Positions 31,301 to 39,022 of a stretch of DNA of 63,156 bases are shown here, one piece after another. Below the pieces are notes generated by a model that had not been told where the DNA came from, did no database searches, and saw nothing but the letters and a program-made list of their open reading frames with translations. Source of the DNA: an uncultured virus (IMG/VR IMGVR_UViG_3300046331_000190) (taxonomy: Duplodnaviria > Heunggongvirae > Uroviricota > Caudoviricetes); IMG/VR virus record IMGVR_UViG_3300046331_000190; one strand, written 5' to 3'. Positions within the stretch are counted from its first letter, which is position 1; each line of letters opens with the position of its first letter. Position numbers and translations under genes: made by a program.

Positions 31301-31990
31301 ACCATCTACCTTAGCTAGGATGTCTCCAGCTATACCACCAGAAGGAACTAATCCTTGGTAGTTAGGAATATTAAATACTCCCGTAAGATTGTTATATGTT
31401 GCTGCACCTGATACACCAGTTGTTGTTAAAGAGATTGCTGTGCGAACTCTTGCTGGAGTATAATAAAGATTAACCGTACCTTCTGGAAGACTATCAGTTG
31501 TTGCTATTGATCCTTCGCCAATAGGAGATGTGATGATAACATCAATAACGTCACCTAATATTGCAGGATCTAGTAATGTTACAGTACTTCCGTTTGTTGC
31601 AGTTGTTTGTCCTGGTGATAGATACACACCATTAAGAAAGACATCAATAAGACCTGGAGTATATCCGTTTGCAATAGTGAATATACTTTGACCTTCTGTT
31701 GCAGTAAATGTCTGAGTTGACTTTAAAGATACTGATCCACCTGATACTGATAGAACTCCAGTAAGTGCATCGATAGCTAAACCTGTACCTACTTTTATAC
31801 CACCAAGAACGGTAGAAGAAGCAATAGGTAAAGTATATGGTTGAACAAATGATCTTACCCATGCAGTTGTTGCAAACTTGGTAGAATTATCATTCGTTGC
31901 TGGAGTCTGACCTGTTGCACTACTGTTGAATACAGCAGCACCATCAACAATCAGACCAGCTTTAGCTAGTATGTCAGACAAAAATCTCAT
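28346..31990 (-). CDS. Long tail fibre with C-terminal peptidase S74 chaperone
   Basis: 1214 aa; fibre repeats shared with 24427..26976; SDVRLKTI..GVIAQEV..EAVKEQ. Confidence 0.85.
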   Translation of the reverse strand: MRFLSDILAKAGLIVDGAAVFNSSATGQTPATNDNSTKFATTAWVRSFVQPYTLPIASSTVLGGIKVGTGLAIDALTGVLSVSGGSVSLKSTQTFTATEGQSIFTIANGYTPGLIDVFLNGVYLSPGQTTATNGSTVTLLDPAILGDVIDVIITSPIGEGSIATTDSLPEGTVNLYYTPARVRTAISLTTTGVSGAATYNNLTGVFNIPNYQGLVPSGGIAGDILAKVDGTDYNTTWIPNFTSTVQHTVKAAVALTKGQAVYVSSADGTNMIVSKASNASEQTSSKTLGLVSQNLAINGQGFVVTEGLLAGLDTSTANAGDPVWLGTNGNLIFGLANKPVAPAHLVFIGVVTRVQSNNGEIFVKVQNGFELDELHDLSVKNASDGDMIKYVASTGLWTKIAASTTNIVEGTNLYYTAARVAAYLTANSYATQGYVNTAISNLVASAPTTLDTLNELATALGNDPNFATTIATSIGTKVPQTRTITINGTAYDLSADRSWSIAAGVTSFNTRTGAITLTSGDVTGALGYTPYNSTNPSGYITSYTETDTLATVVARGSSTGGGRPITLDNSGGGIFIKAGSGGWSMGTYFRGNGDTILAGFGALGANNSLTWAWIGAGYESPWVTLNGSVVNSLVALQQNGNQVLHAGNYSSYALPLSGGVVTGLTALTGKVTLGNRTSAAFNGNIAGLTINNTVEIRSTGSENPPGLTWHYEGLATRHILMTSAGVINVVSPSTENGGVAILAVNGNTVWHAGNLTNLNQLTNGPGYITSSSNVAGLNTTFLDTGSTNISSGFSRVIRNENANGGNMSYAPVLHLAASDTMWQIQGDYSSSSTLKWRAGYSGTWYPWRDIFHSGFSAYSYASSLNQNLTTGSDVTHAILRASSYVVTPLIYSGGGSVNFGNNVSITPSSASWAEGLAFSMATTSTWGGLRWRRERSNADGNWYVGFTALDSSDDLVFGANNGGTQNDSIIRLTKAGLVSMQKAPSGVNLMLGSIDYSRAYPDSDRHGLVINAPYYPHLDINSLNNASNDTHGPVISMTGILTAGGYRRWGMGIANTNPSHFSIGWADNNNNPHYGVGHNWSQGGRFIIDTSGNIWCTGDVTAYGAQSDVRLKTIKEKVPNALDGVCKLNGYRFDWKEREVKITTFIEDIGVIAQEVKEVFPELARTGEDGWMSVRYQGLTAVLIEAVKEQQAQITEQKAQIDELVAIVKTMKGF

Positions 31991-31998
31991 TAAGTATA

Positions 31999-33108
31999 TT
32001 ATTTCTTGATAACTACACGATACGCATTAGAAGCTGGAGCAACTGCAAAGTTTACAGTAACAACACTTGTTGATGTTAATACAACATCAGTAATAACTTC
32101 TTCGTATGTGGCATTATCATATATTGCAACAATAAGGTCTCTTGTACCTAATCCGTGAGTCAAAGCAAATGAAGTGCTTGTTGTATCTCCAACGTTTGCT
32201 GCATAACCTCCTGTACGATTATCTAATAAAGTTTTTAACTTTAAAGGAGTAATAATACGTTGATCATCAGTACCAGCATCTGTTTCAACTTGTGTTGCAA
32301 TCTCAGCTAAACCTAAAACTGTTTCTGTTGCTTGATCACGATTAACTTCTAACTGAATCCAATCTGAAGCAAGTGTTTGAGAAGCATCATTTACCTTGGC
32401 AATAATAACGTCGCCAATGTTAAAACTTACTCCACCTGTTGTACCAGCAACTGTTACATACCAATAGTCTCCTTTTTTTGTACCAGCAACAGGATCTGTA
32501 CCTACTGGAAAATATCCACTTGATGCTGCCCAAGCACCTTCTAAGTTACCAAGTCCACCAATATTAGCATCAACATATGACTTAATAGCAGAGGATGTAG
32601 CAAGAGTTGTTGATGAAGCATTTGCTAAATCTGTAATAACTGTTACTTCAGAAACATTACCAGTAGCACCTGACATGTTACCAAGAACACGTAAGTTTGC
32701 TATCTGAGCAATCTTATCAAGAGTAACTGCATTGCCATTAATCTTAACAGTTGTTACTGCACTATTAGCTAACTTACCAGTAGTAATACCAAGATCTTTA
32801 ACTTGGATAGAGTCACCACCAGAAACTTCGATAGTTGCGTTGTCAACGTTGATATCAAGAGTAATGACATCTCCATTAGCTGAAGTCGTTGCAGTTAAAC
32901 CAGCACCGCCTAAAACGTCTTGAATGTCACCTGACATATCAACCCAAGTAGTGCCATCCCAGAAGAACATTCTAAGAACGTTTGGAGTAGTATCAAAATA
33001 GATCTGACCAACAACAGGATTTGCTATTGGACCAGCGTTATTGTGTACTGCAACGTTTAGTATCTGATTTTTTACAAGATCCAGATTGGTTAAAAACTTC
33101 TTTGCCAT
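31999..33108 (-). CDS. Tail fibre/baseplate-associated structural protein
   Basis: GITTGKLANSAVTTVKI repeats; QATETVLGLAEIAT; C-terminal THGLGTRD..VTVNF. Confidence 0.6.
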   Translation of the reverse strand: MAKKFLTNLDLVKNQILNVAVHNNAGPIANPVVGQIYFDTTPNVLRMFFWDGTTWVDMSGDIQDVLGGAGLTATTSANGDVITLDINVDNATIEVSGGDSIQVKDLGITTGKLANSAVTTVKINGNAVTLDKIAQIANLRVLGNMSGATGNVSEVTVITDLANASSTTLATSSAIKSYVDANIGGLGNLEGAWAASSGYFPVGTDPVAGTKKGDYWYVTVAGTTGGVSFNIGDVIIAKVNDASQTLASDWIQLEVNRDQATETVLGLAEIATQVETDAGTDDQRIITPLKLKTLLDNRTGGYAANVGDTTSTSFALTHGLGTRDLIVAIYDNATYEEVITDVVLTSTSVVTVNFAVAPASNAYRVVIKK

Positions 33109-33116
33109 GATTAATA

Positions 33117-33644
33117 TTAGTTAAGGTAAGCTTCACCACTAAAGGCAGCTGTAAATCTTATTGTTAATGAGTTTAAGTCAGTGTATGAGATATCTCCAAT
33201 AACTTCTGTTTTTGTTGCATCAACAACTGTAACAGAAGGATAACAGTTTAAGTCATGGATAATATTCCATTCTGTTACTGCAACAGCTTGAACATGTATA
33301 TGCTTAAACTTTATAGAGCTTGATACCGCAGTATCATCTCTCTTTGTTATAGTTAGAAGTAAGTTCTCATCATTAGAACTAAGACTAACACTTGCAATAG
33401 TTGAGTTATAAGCTTGTGCAAGCATTGATAACTCTGCATCTGTAAGACCTATTCGTTGCCAAGCATTGCCATCCCAACCATAAAAACTTGCTGCTGTTAT
33501 ATCGTAAACTACAATACCTTTATCATTAGAGTTATAACTATTACCAAGAGTAGTCCTTTCTGCTGTTGTTACAGGATGTAACCTAGCATTAAGTAACTGA
33601 TTCTTGTTAAGATCAATATCGTAATAATATACTGAAGCACCCAT
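33117..33644 (-). CDS. Tail structural protein
   Basis: N-terminus like 31999..33108 (DL.KNQ.LN...H); C-terminus W.I.H.L...PSV.V.D..F...G.AYL like 33644..34243. Confidence 0.55.
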   Translation of the reverse strand: MGASVYYYDIDLNKNQLLNARLHPVTTAERTTLGNSYNSNDKGIVVYDITAASFYGWDGNAWQRIGLTDAELSMLAQAYNSTIASVSLSSNDENLLLTITKRDDTAVSSSIKFKHIHVQAVAVTEWNIIHDLNCYPSVTVVDATKTEVIGDISYTDLNSLTIRFTAAFSGEAYLN

Positions 33645-34243
33645 TATGATAAGTAAGCTTTACCAGCTACTGGAGTATTAAAGTTAATACGTAAGTTGTT
33701 ACTGTCAACGATTTCAATAATACCTTGAATATCATTACCGTTAAGATCTTCTGCAAATACGTTTGGTGTAATACCCATATTATGCTGAATAACCCACTGA
33801 GTTGACGGAGTCTCTTGTGTAAACAAGAAAGATGTATTGTTATTGATTGTAATGCATGGATTCAAGTTTATTCTAGTTACTGCACCGTTTGCATTAACCT
33901 GAATAATGTTTTGAGATCCATTACTATACTCATAGAATACACCAAGATTATCTGGACTACGAGGATTACTGTATTGATATCCTAAAGCTTCGTTATCAAA
34001 TAATAACTCAGAATCATACATACCCGTTGGTAACCAAGTCTTGTACTGAATATTCTCTTCGCTTAATGCACCAGCATCATCGTTTGCTTGCCAATCAACA
34101 ATAGCTTTTTTGATCTCTGCCATCAAGACATAATCGTCAGAAATAGCTTTACCTAATCCATAACGAGATCTACGAAACTTGCTAAAGATGCTTGTTGCGT
34201 AGTTCTTATATATCTCAACTTTTTTTGGCAGTAAGTTCTTCAT
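33644..34243 (-). CDS. Putative tail hub protein
   Basis: RYG motif near the N-terminus; C-terminal WVIQHNMG..P.V...D..G.AYL domain; synteny. Confidence 0.45.
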   Translation of the reverse strand: MKNLLPKKVEIYKNYATSIFSKFRRSRYGLGKAISDDYVLMAEIKKAIVDWQANDDAGALSEENIQYKTWLPTGMYDSELLFDNEALGYQYSNPRSPDNLGVFYEYSNGSQNIIQVNANGAVTRINLNPCITINNNTSFLFTQETPSTQWVIQHNMGITPNVFAEDLNGNDIQGIIEIVDSNNLRINFNTPVAGKAYLS

Positions 34244-34244
34244 C

Positions 34245-34406
34245 TTAGTTTTTGTTTGCCTGAGTATTTCTGATCAAATGTAACTGTTGTTCGTAAGTAC
34301 CAATACAGTTTGTGCAGGCTTGTGCTCCGTTTGAAGCAGTTCTTTGCTGACAACCACATGTGATTACAGTACCACAGTTAGGACAGGTAGTTTGGTTTTG
34401 TGACAT
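34245..34406 (-). CDS. 53-aa Cys-rich small protein (below the ORF-track cutoff)
   Basis: MSQNQTTCPNCGTVITCGCQQRTASNGAQACTNCIGTYEQQ..; AAACCAAC leader; fills the gap between flanking genes. Confidence 0.7.
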   Translation of the reverse strand: MSQNQTTCPNCGTVITCGCQQRTASNGAQACTNCIGTYEQQLHLIRNTQANKN

Positions 34407-34428
34407 AATATTGTTGGTTTAGTTAATA

Positions 34429-34983
34429 TTAGCAGTACTGGCCGTATGTTTCTGAGTATGCGTTTAGCTTCTTCTGTGCATAGATTAATAACTCCATGCC
34501 TTCATCTGCTTGATGACAATACTCAACCTTTACTTTTGCAGCATCGATGTAGTTCTTTATTGTCTGTAACTGACCAAACTTTTCTTTTACGTCAGCATCA
34601 GGTTCAGAACCATTGATTTCAAGCTTGCAAAGCTCGTTGTAATACTTGTTTAATGTTTGAGTAACACGAAGATGATTATATTCAGAATATACTTTATCGT
34701 TTGGAGCAACTGAGTAACGAATCACATAGATACCGTCAGGAATGCACTGCAAGCTATCCCCACATCCAGTCTTTTGTAAACCTAATGAACATGCATTAAG
34801 AACGATGTTATAATATGGCAATACCTCAACATTAACTGGTAAGTTAAATCCTGGAGATGTAATCTGTAGTGTGCCACACTCTTTGTCTAAACCTTCACCA
34901 TACGTACTGGTGTCAAAGATCCTTAATACTTTGCAGTTATTTGTATCAGGAGTCTCAAGGCTTAACTGATGTTTGATAGCCAT
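34429..34983 (-). CDS. Putative tail hub/ring protein
   Basis: IFDTSTY..LQITSPGF..IPDGIYVIRYSV pattern of crAss-like hub proteins. Confidence 0.55.
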   Translation of the reverse strand: MAIKHQLSLETPDTNNCKVLRIFDTSTYGEGLDKECGTLQITSPGFNLPVNVEVLPYYNIVLNACSLGLQKTGCGDSLQCIPDGIYVIRYSVAPNDKVYSEYNHLRVTQTLNKYYNELCKLEINGSEPDADVKEKFGQLQTIKNYIDAAKVKVEYCHQADEGMELLIYAQKKLNAYSETYGQYC

Positions 34984-35028
34984 AAACTTCTATTGTTTTG
35001 AATAAGATGATCGTAGTTGTACTCAATA

Positions 35029-35038
35029 ATAATATACT
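35029..35038 (-). promoter_or_regulatory. Putative phage promoter
   Basis: AGTATATTAT directly after the capsid-operon terminator. Confidence 0.55.
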
Positions 35039-35057
35039 AAAAATCAAGCACAAACAC

Positions 35058-35094
35058 AAAAAAGAAAGGGCAGGCACCGCAAAGTACCTACCCT
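35058..35094 (-). terminator. Intrinsic terminator of the capsid operon
   Basis: Minus strand AGGGTAGGTAC-TTTGCG-GTGCCTGCCCT-TTCTTTTTT. Confidence 0.8.
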
Positions 35095-35116
35095 CGTCTT
35101 CTTTATTTCTATCTGA

Positions 35117-36265
35117 TTAGATAGTCTCTAACGCGATCGCTTGACCAGCTGCAACAGCAGAAGCAACAATGAAGTTAGTGATCTCAGTTGTAGCAGTTCC
35201 AGCAGGAACGTTGATAACAACTAAATATTGATCATTGTCAAATGTGCTAGATGGGTTGTTGAAACGAGGTACGTTATGTAATACCATTACTTGATCGTAT
35301 AATCCGTTACGGTTGATTGTTGCTAAACCTGGGTTAGCTTCGATCTCACGCATACGAATTGAATCAACATGTCCACCATCTGGATAAGCTTCTTGACGGT
35401 AACGACCGTCTAAGATCATCTCACGTAATACAGTCTCACCAACACCTGATGCTTGACGAGCAGCTTGTGTTTCAACAGAAGAGATTCCATTTACTGCACA
35501 TGGCTCACCTGAATCATCAACAAATGAAGTGTAGATTGATAACGGAGCAAGATCGTAGTTATCAGTTGGAGTAAAAGTAGCATCACCAAACTTAGTATCA
35601 ACATAAGCTGCAGTAATAACTAACTTTGCAACATCAGAAGATGTAGCAGCAACACCTGCAAAAGTATCATAATCTCCAGCAGCTACAGCATCACCTGCAG
35701 TATCTTTAACAGCAACAGAGATAAACTTACCTAAGTAAGGAGACTCGTTTATTTGTTTTGCCCAAGCGATAGCAACTTTAGTTGGATCGATTACAGCAGC
35801 AACATCTCCAGCAGCACATCCTGTAAAAGCATCTAATGTCTTGTACAAGTTGTGAGATAAGAAACGTAATGCAGGAGAACCTTTCAAGTCAACACGTAAG
35901 CGGTAAGTAGCATCTTCTAATACATTAGAGATAGATACTTCAACTACTTGATTTTGAGCAGTCTTAGAAGCAACTTTAAATACACGAGAGATGTACTTAG
36001 GATTAATCGTCTTTGACTTAACAGACTCTTGGTATCCACCGTGTACAGGACCAATCTTATCAGATGTAAAATAAGAACCTTGAGCGATGATGAATGGAGC
36101 AGTTCCAGCAGTAGTTAATGCAGCATATGTAGACGCATTAAATACTCCTAACTCTCCAGCAGACAAACCAGCAGTTGTTCCGCTAGCTGCCAAAGCAACA
36201 GCGTTTCCGTCAAGTCCATTAGGACCTACTAAAAACGCTTTTTTAAATGCATTAGGAAAATACAT
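35117..36265 (-). CDS. Putative auxiliary capsid protein
   Basis: 382 aa, Ala/Thr-rich, codon usage like the major capsid gene; position matches the crAss-like capsid accessory gene; strong terminator follows. Confidence 0.5.
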   Translation of the reverse strand: MYFPNAFKKAFLVGPNGLDGNAVALAASGTTAGLSAGELGVFNASTYAALTTAGTAPFIIAQGSYFTSDKIGPVHGGYQESVKSKTINPKYISRVFKVASKTAQNQVVEVSISNVLEDATYRLRVDLKGSPALRFLSHNLYKTLDAFTGCAAGDVAAVIDPTKVAIAWAKQINESPYLGKFISVAVKDTAGDAVAAGDYDTFAGVAATSSDVAKLVITAAYVDTKFGDATFTPTDNYDLAPLSIYTSFVDDSGEPCAVNGISSVETQAARQASGVGETVLREMILDGRYRQEAYPDGGHVDSIRMREIEANPGLATINRNGLYDQVMVLHNVPRFNNPSSTFDNDQYLVVINVPAGTATTEITNFIVASAVAAGQAIALETI

Positions 36266-36301
36266 AGTTAATTGTGTTTATGGGTTATAGATAAATAAAA
36301 A

Positions 36302-36712
36302 CTATTTTAAGAACAGTAACTTATACTTAGCACTATTAAGGCTAGACTTAATCATATCTAAGTCGTTTACTATTTCACTGTAAGGCATCATACCTTGTAA
36401 AGATGTAACCATCTGGTATACATCTCTAATATAAGATAACGCTTCTTGTACACTATTCAAAGGACGCGGTGCATTATCTTCATATGTTAACAACTTCTCA
36501 GCAGCTCCTTGGAATCCTTCAGCTAGTGCATCAGCATGTCCAGGTAAAGCATCATATAACTCATTAAGAGCTTTGTGTGCTGAGAATGAACCTAAGTCTT
36601 TTACTTTTAGGTGTAGTTTATGGAAACTAGTTGCAGCATTCATTAACTCGCTAACGCAAGCAGCTGTCTTTGATTCTAAAGACCCATTTGGTCTTTGTAG
36701 TTTTTGTACCAT
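36302..36712 (-). CDS. Ferritin/Dps-like four-helix protein (DUF5856-like)
   Basis: HKLHL..SFSAHKALNELYDAL..D.LAE..QG..EIVNDLD....KYKLLFL. Confidence 0.7.
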   Translation of the reverse strand: MVQKLQRPNGSLESKTAACVSELMNAATSFHKLHLKVKDLGSFSAHKALNELYDALPGHADALAEGFQGAAEKLLTYEDNAPRPLNSVQEALSYIRDVYQMVTSLQGMMPYSEIVNDLDMIKSSLNSAKYKLLFLK

Positions 36713-36718
36713 GTTTTA

Positions 36719-37420
36719 TTAACTGTTTCTACCTGCGTTTTGAACCTCTCTTTGGTATTGATTCATTGACTCTATATCACCAGCCAAGATTGCAGCTGTC
36801 TCATCACATAAGATCTCAGCAACATCATCTTTAAACTCACATGTCACATCATACTGAATAACAGTATTAGTTTCAATATCTATAGATCCTTTGAACTTAA
36901 TAGCTCTTGGTTTTCTATAGTAGGTAAGCTTTGGAGCTTCAATACTAAACTCACCGTTCGTATAGATCTTGATCTTGTTACTCATGATTGTGCAGAAAGT
37001 CTCTCCCCATTGAAAAGAAGGAGACTTAAAGTTATCTGATAGTAATTCATCAGCATTAGCTTCTTCAGCTAAATACACTGACATGATTCTACTTGGGCAA
37101 CATGACGTAATAGCTCTTGTGCTAACACGAGTAAAGTGCATGTAATCAACTGGGATATCAGATGTTTCAAAGTATAGATCTCTCTCAATACCGCTAAGAT
37201 TAACTTCTTCTAATAATATCTGTAAGTCATCAACAATGTTAGATGACTGTTCAGGCATTAATGCTCTTGGTGTTAAACCATGAATAACCCGTCTTGTCCA
37301 CTCAAGCTGCGCCTTATTAAAAGCTTCTTGAATCTGCCAACTTTCAATGTTGTCATAATCAAAACTTGCTAACTTGTTCAGACGTTGCTTAATCTTAAGC
37401 TGTATAAGTTTGTTATCCAT
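36719..37420 (-). CDS. Head-tail adaptor ring protein
   Basis: FNKAQ..DDLQIL..IP.DY..LTYYRKP..EI.D motif pattern; synteny. Confidence 0.65.
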   Translation of the reverse strand: MDNKLIQLKIKQRLNKLASFDYDNIESWQIQEAFNKAQLEWTRRVIHGLTPRALMPEQSSNIVDDLQILLEEVNLSGIERDLYFETSDIPVDYMHFTRVSTRAITSCCPSRIMSVYLAEEANADELLSDNFKSPSFQWGETFCTIMSNKIKIYTNGEFSIEAPKLTYYRKPRAIKFKGSIDIETNTVIQYDVTCEFKDDVAEILCDETAAILAGDIESMNQYQREVQNAGRNS

Positions 37421-37574
37421 AGTCTTTAAAAAGACCTAGGTGCAGATCTTACGGTATGCAACCTAGGTACATCTTGTTTTAAAGTGCTGCACTATAGCAT
37501 AGTATAGAGGGGCACTACTTGAAACATCTTTTCAGATGTCGGTCCAAGGATACTATCCAAGGAGGAGAATATTA

Positions 37575-38591
37575 TTACTGTTGCCAGTATTTCTCAACAC
37601 GTTCTGTCACGTCTCTTAAGATCTCTTCGTTTAAAGGATTCTTCAAGAACTCAACACAGTCTGACGGTGTACGTCCTAACATTGTTGATGTTGACATGTG
37701 ATAGATAAATCCATCAGCTTTTGTTGCAATCATCTTGTAATATGTAGAATCTTTAACAATAGCACGAAGCTTCAAAGTTTCCATATCAAGAGCAGCTACC
37801 TCAATAAAGCGTTCTGCTGTTTTACGCTTGTTCTTATCAACATACTCTCCGTTAATGTATTTATCCATATTGTCATAGATAATGTCTGTAGGAGTAGATT
37901 TGCGATACTGAGCAGAGTTTACGTCGATCACTTTTGCAACGTAGAACAACTTATTTGTATTCTTATTAAATAACTTCTCAAGTTCAGATAATGCTTTGTT
38001 ACGAAGTTTCTTAACCTCTGTATTTGTCGAAGCAGTTTCTTCTAACTTATCTAAGTAGAACTTTGGTGGGACTGGAGTTGTCTTTGCATCATCAAGCGAC
38101 TTTGCAACAATACTAAATCCACCTGCTTCAATAGCATACATACGAATCAAATCATAAGGATCTTTATCAGGCTCTAAGAAGAGTGGCTCGTTTCCACATC
38201 TAATCTTTATCTTATCCCAGAAATCATCGTTGTTTGGTTTTAGCAAAACGACTTTATTCCAGAAGTCAGGATCAGTAGGATCAATGATATTCGCAGCTAA
38301 CTCTTTTTCTAACTGACAAACAACAGCACGAATCTGTTTAATCTTTGCTTCTGCTTCTTCAGGATTTAAGTCCTTTATCTCTGGAGCATATTCATTCAAA
38401 CCAGTCTTATACCGTTTGATTCCATTAATCTCAAGGCATGCAATCGACTCTTCGTGGAAAGCTCCTTCAAACAAAGTTAAACCGTATTTTTGAAGACCCA
38501 TGTTATCAACACTAGGATCAAAGTATGGTCTAATAGCAATCGTTGATCGCTTATTTTGTGGATAACGTTCCACAATAGTTACTGAACTCAT
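37575..38591 (-). CDS. Conserved crAss-like structural protein downstream of the major capsid gene (portal-vertex-like)
   Basis: 338 aa; FW...L.P..P.D.I and FLKNPLN motifs; synteny. Confidence 0.55.
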   Translation of the reverse strand: MSSVTIVERYPQNKRSTIAIRPYFDPSVDNMGLQKYGLTLFEGAFHEESIACLEINGIKRYKTGLNEYAPEIKDLNPEEAEAKIKQIRAVVCQLEKELAANIIDPTDPDFWNKVVLLKPNNDDFWDKIKIRCGNEPLFLEPDKDPYDLIRMYAIEAGGFSIVAKSLDDAKTTPVPPKFYLDKLEETASTNTEVKKLRNKALSELEKLFNKNTNKLFYVAKVIDVNSAQYRKSTPTDIIYDNMDKYINGEYVDKNKRKTAERFIEVAALDMETLKLRAIVKDSTYYKMIATKADGFIYHMSTSTMLGRTPSDCVEFLKNPLNEEILRDVTERVEKYWQQ

Positions 38592-38650
38592 GTTTGGTTT
38601 GGTTTGGTTTATAATAAGACTTACTAGACTTCTAGTAAATATCGTATTTC

Positions 38651-38875
38651 TTAATCTAATATCAAAGAGTTTAAGCTTCGTTCTGTAAGATCCTCTGGGT
38701 TCTTACTAGCTCTCAACTCTGCTTTTGCTAAATCTGTTTCAGTAAAGAGCAAACACTTATGACCGTGGCCATCTTCGTCTTTTACCCATACAGCAAAATA
38801 AGCATCATTAACGTTAGGGAAGTTTTGCTTCTTGCTATTCTTCACCTTTACTAACTGTCCTAGTCTAGCTTTCAT
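38651..38875 (-). CDS. Hypothetical protein, 74 aa
   Basis: ATG at 38875 follows the AAACCAAACCAAC leader; the upstream extension in the ORF track overlaps a structured RNA. Confidence 0.6.
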   Translation of the reverse strand: MKARLGQLVKVKNSKKQNFPNVNDAYFAVWVKDEDGHGHKCLLFTETDLAKAELRASKNPEDLTERSLNSLILD

Positions 38876-38981
38876 TGTGTTGGTTTGGTTTATAGAACCT
38901 GTTGAGAGTTGCAAGCTCTCCGCATGATCAGTACGGTTTGCGTACAACAGGTTGAGGGTTGACACTTTTGATGTCTATAGT

Positions 38982-39010
38982 AAAACCTGGAGAGTATTTC
39001 ATCTCCAGGT
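38982..39010 (-). terminator. Terminator/attenuator after the major capsid gene
   Basis: 9-bp stem ACCTGGAGA/TCTCCAGGT with a short T tail on the minus strand. Confidence 0.6.
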
Positions 39011-39022
39011 CTACTAGTACTA

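Noticed and set aside
38896..38953. Hammerhead ribozyme
   Set aside because: CTGATCA is not CUGANGA, and the GAAA core is missing.
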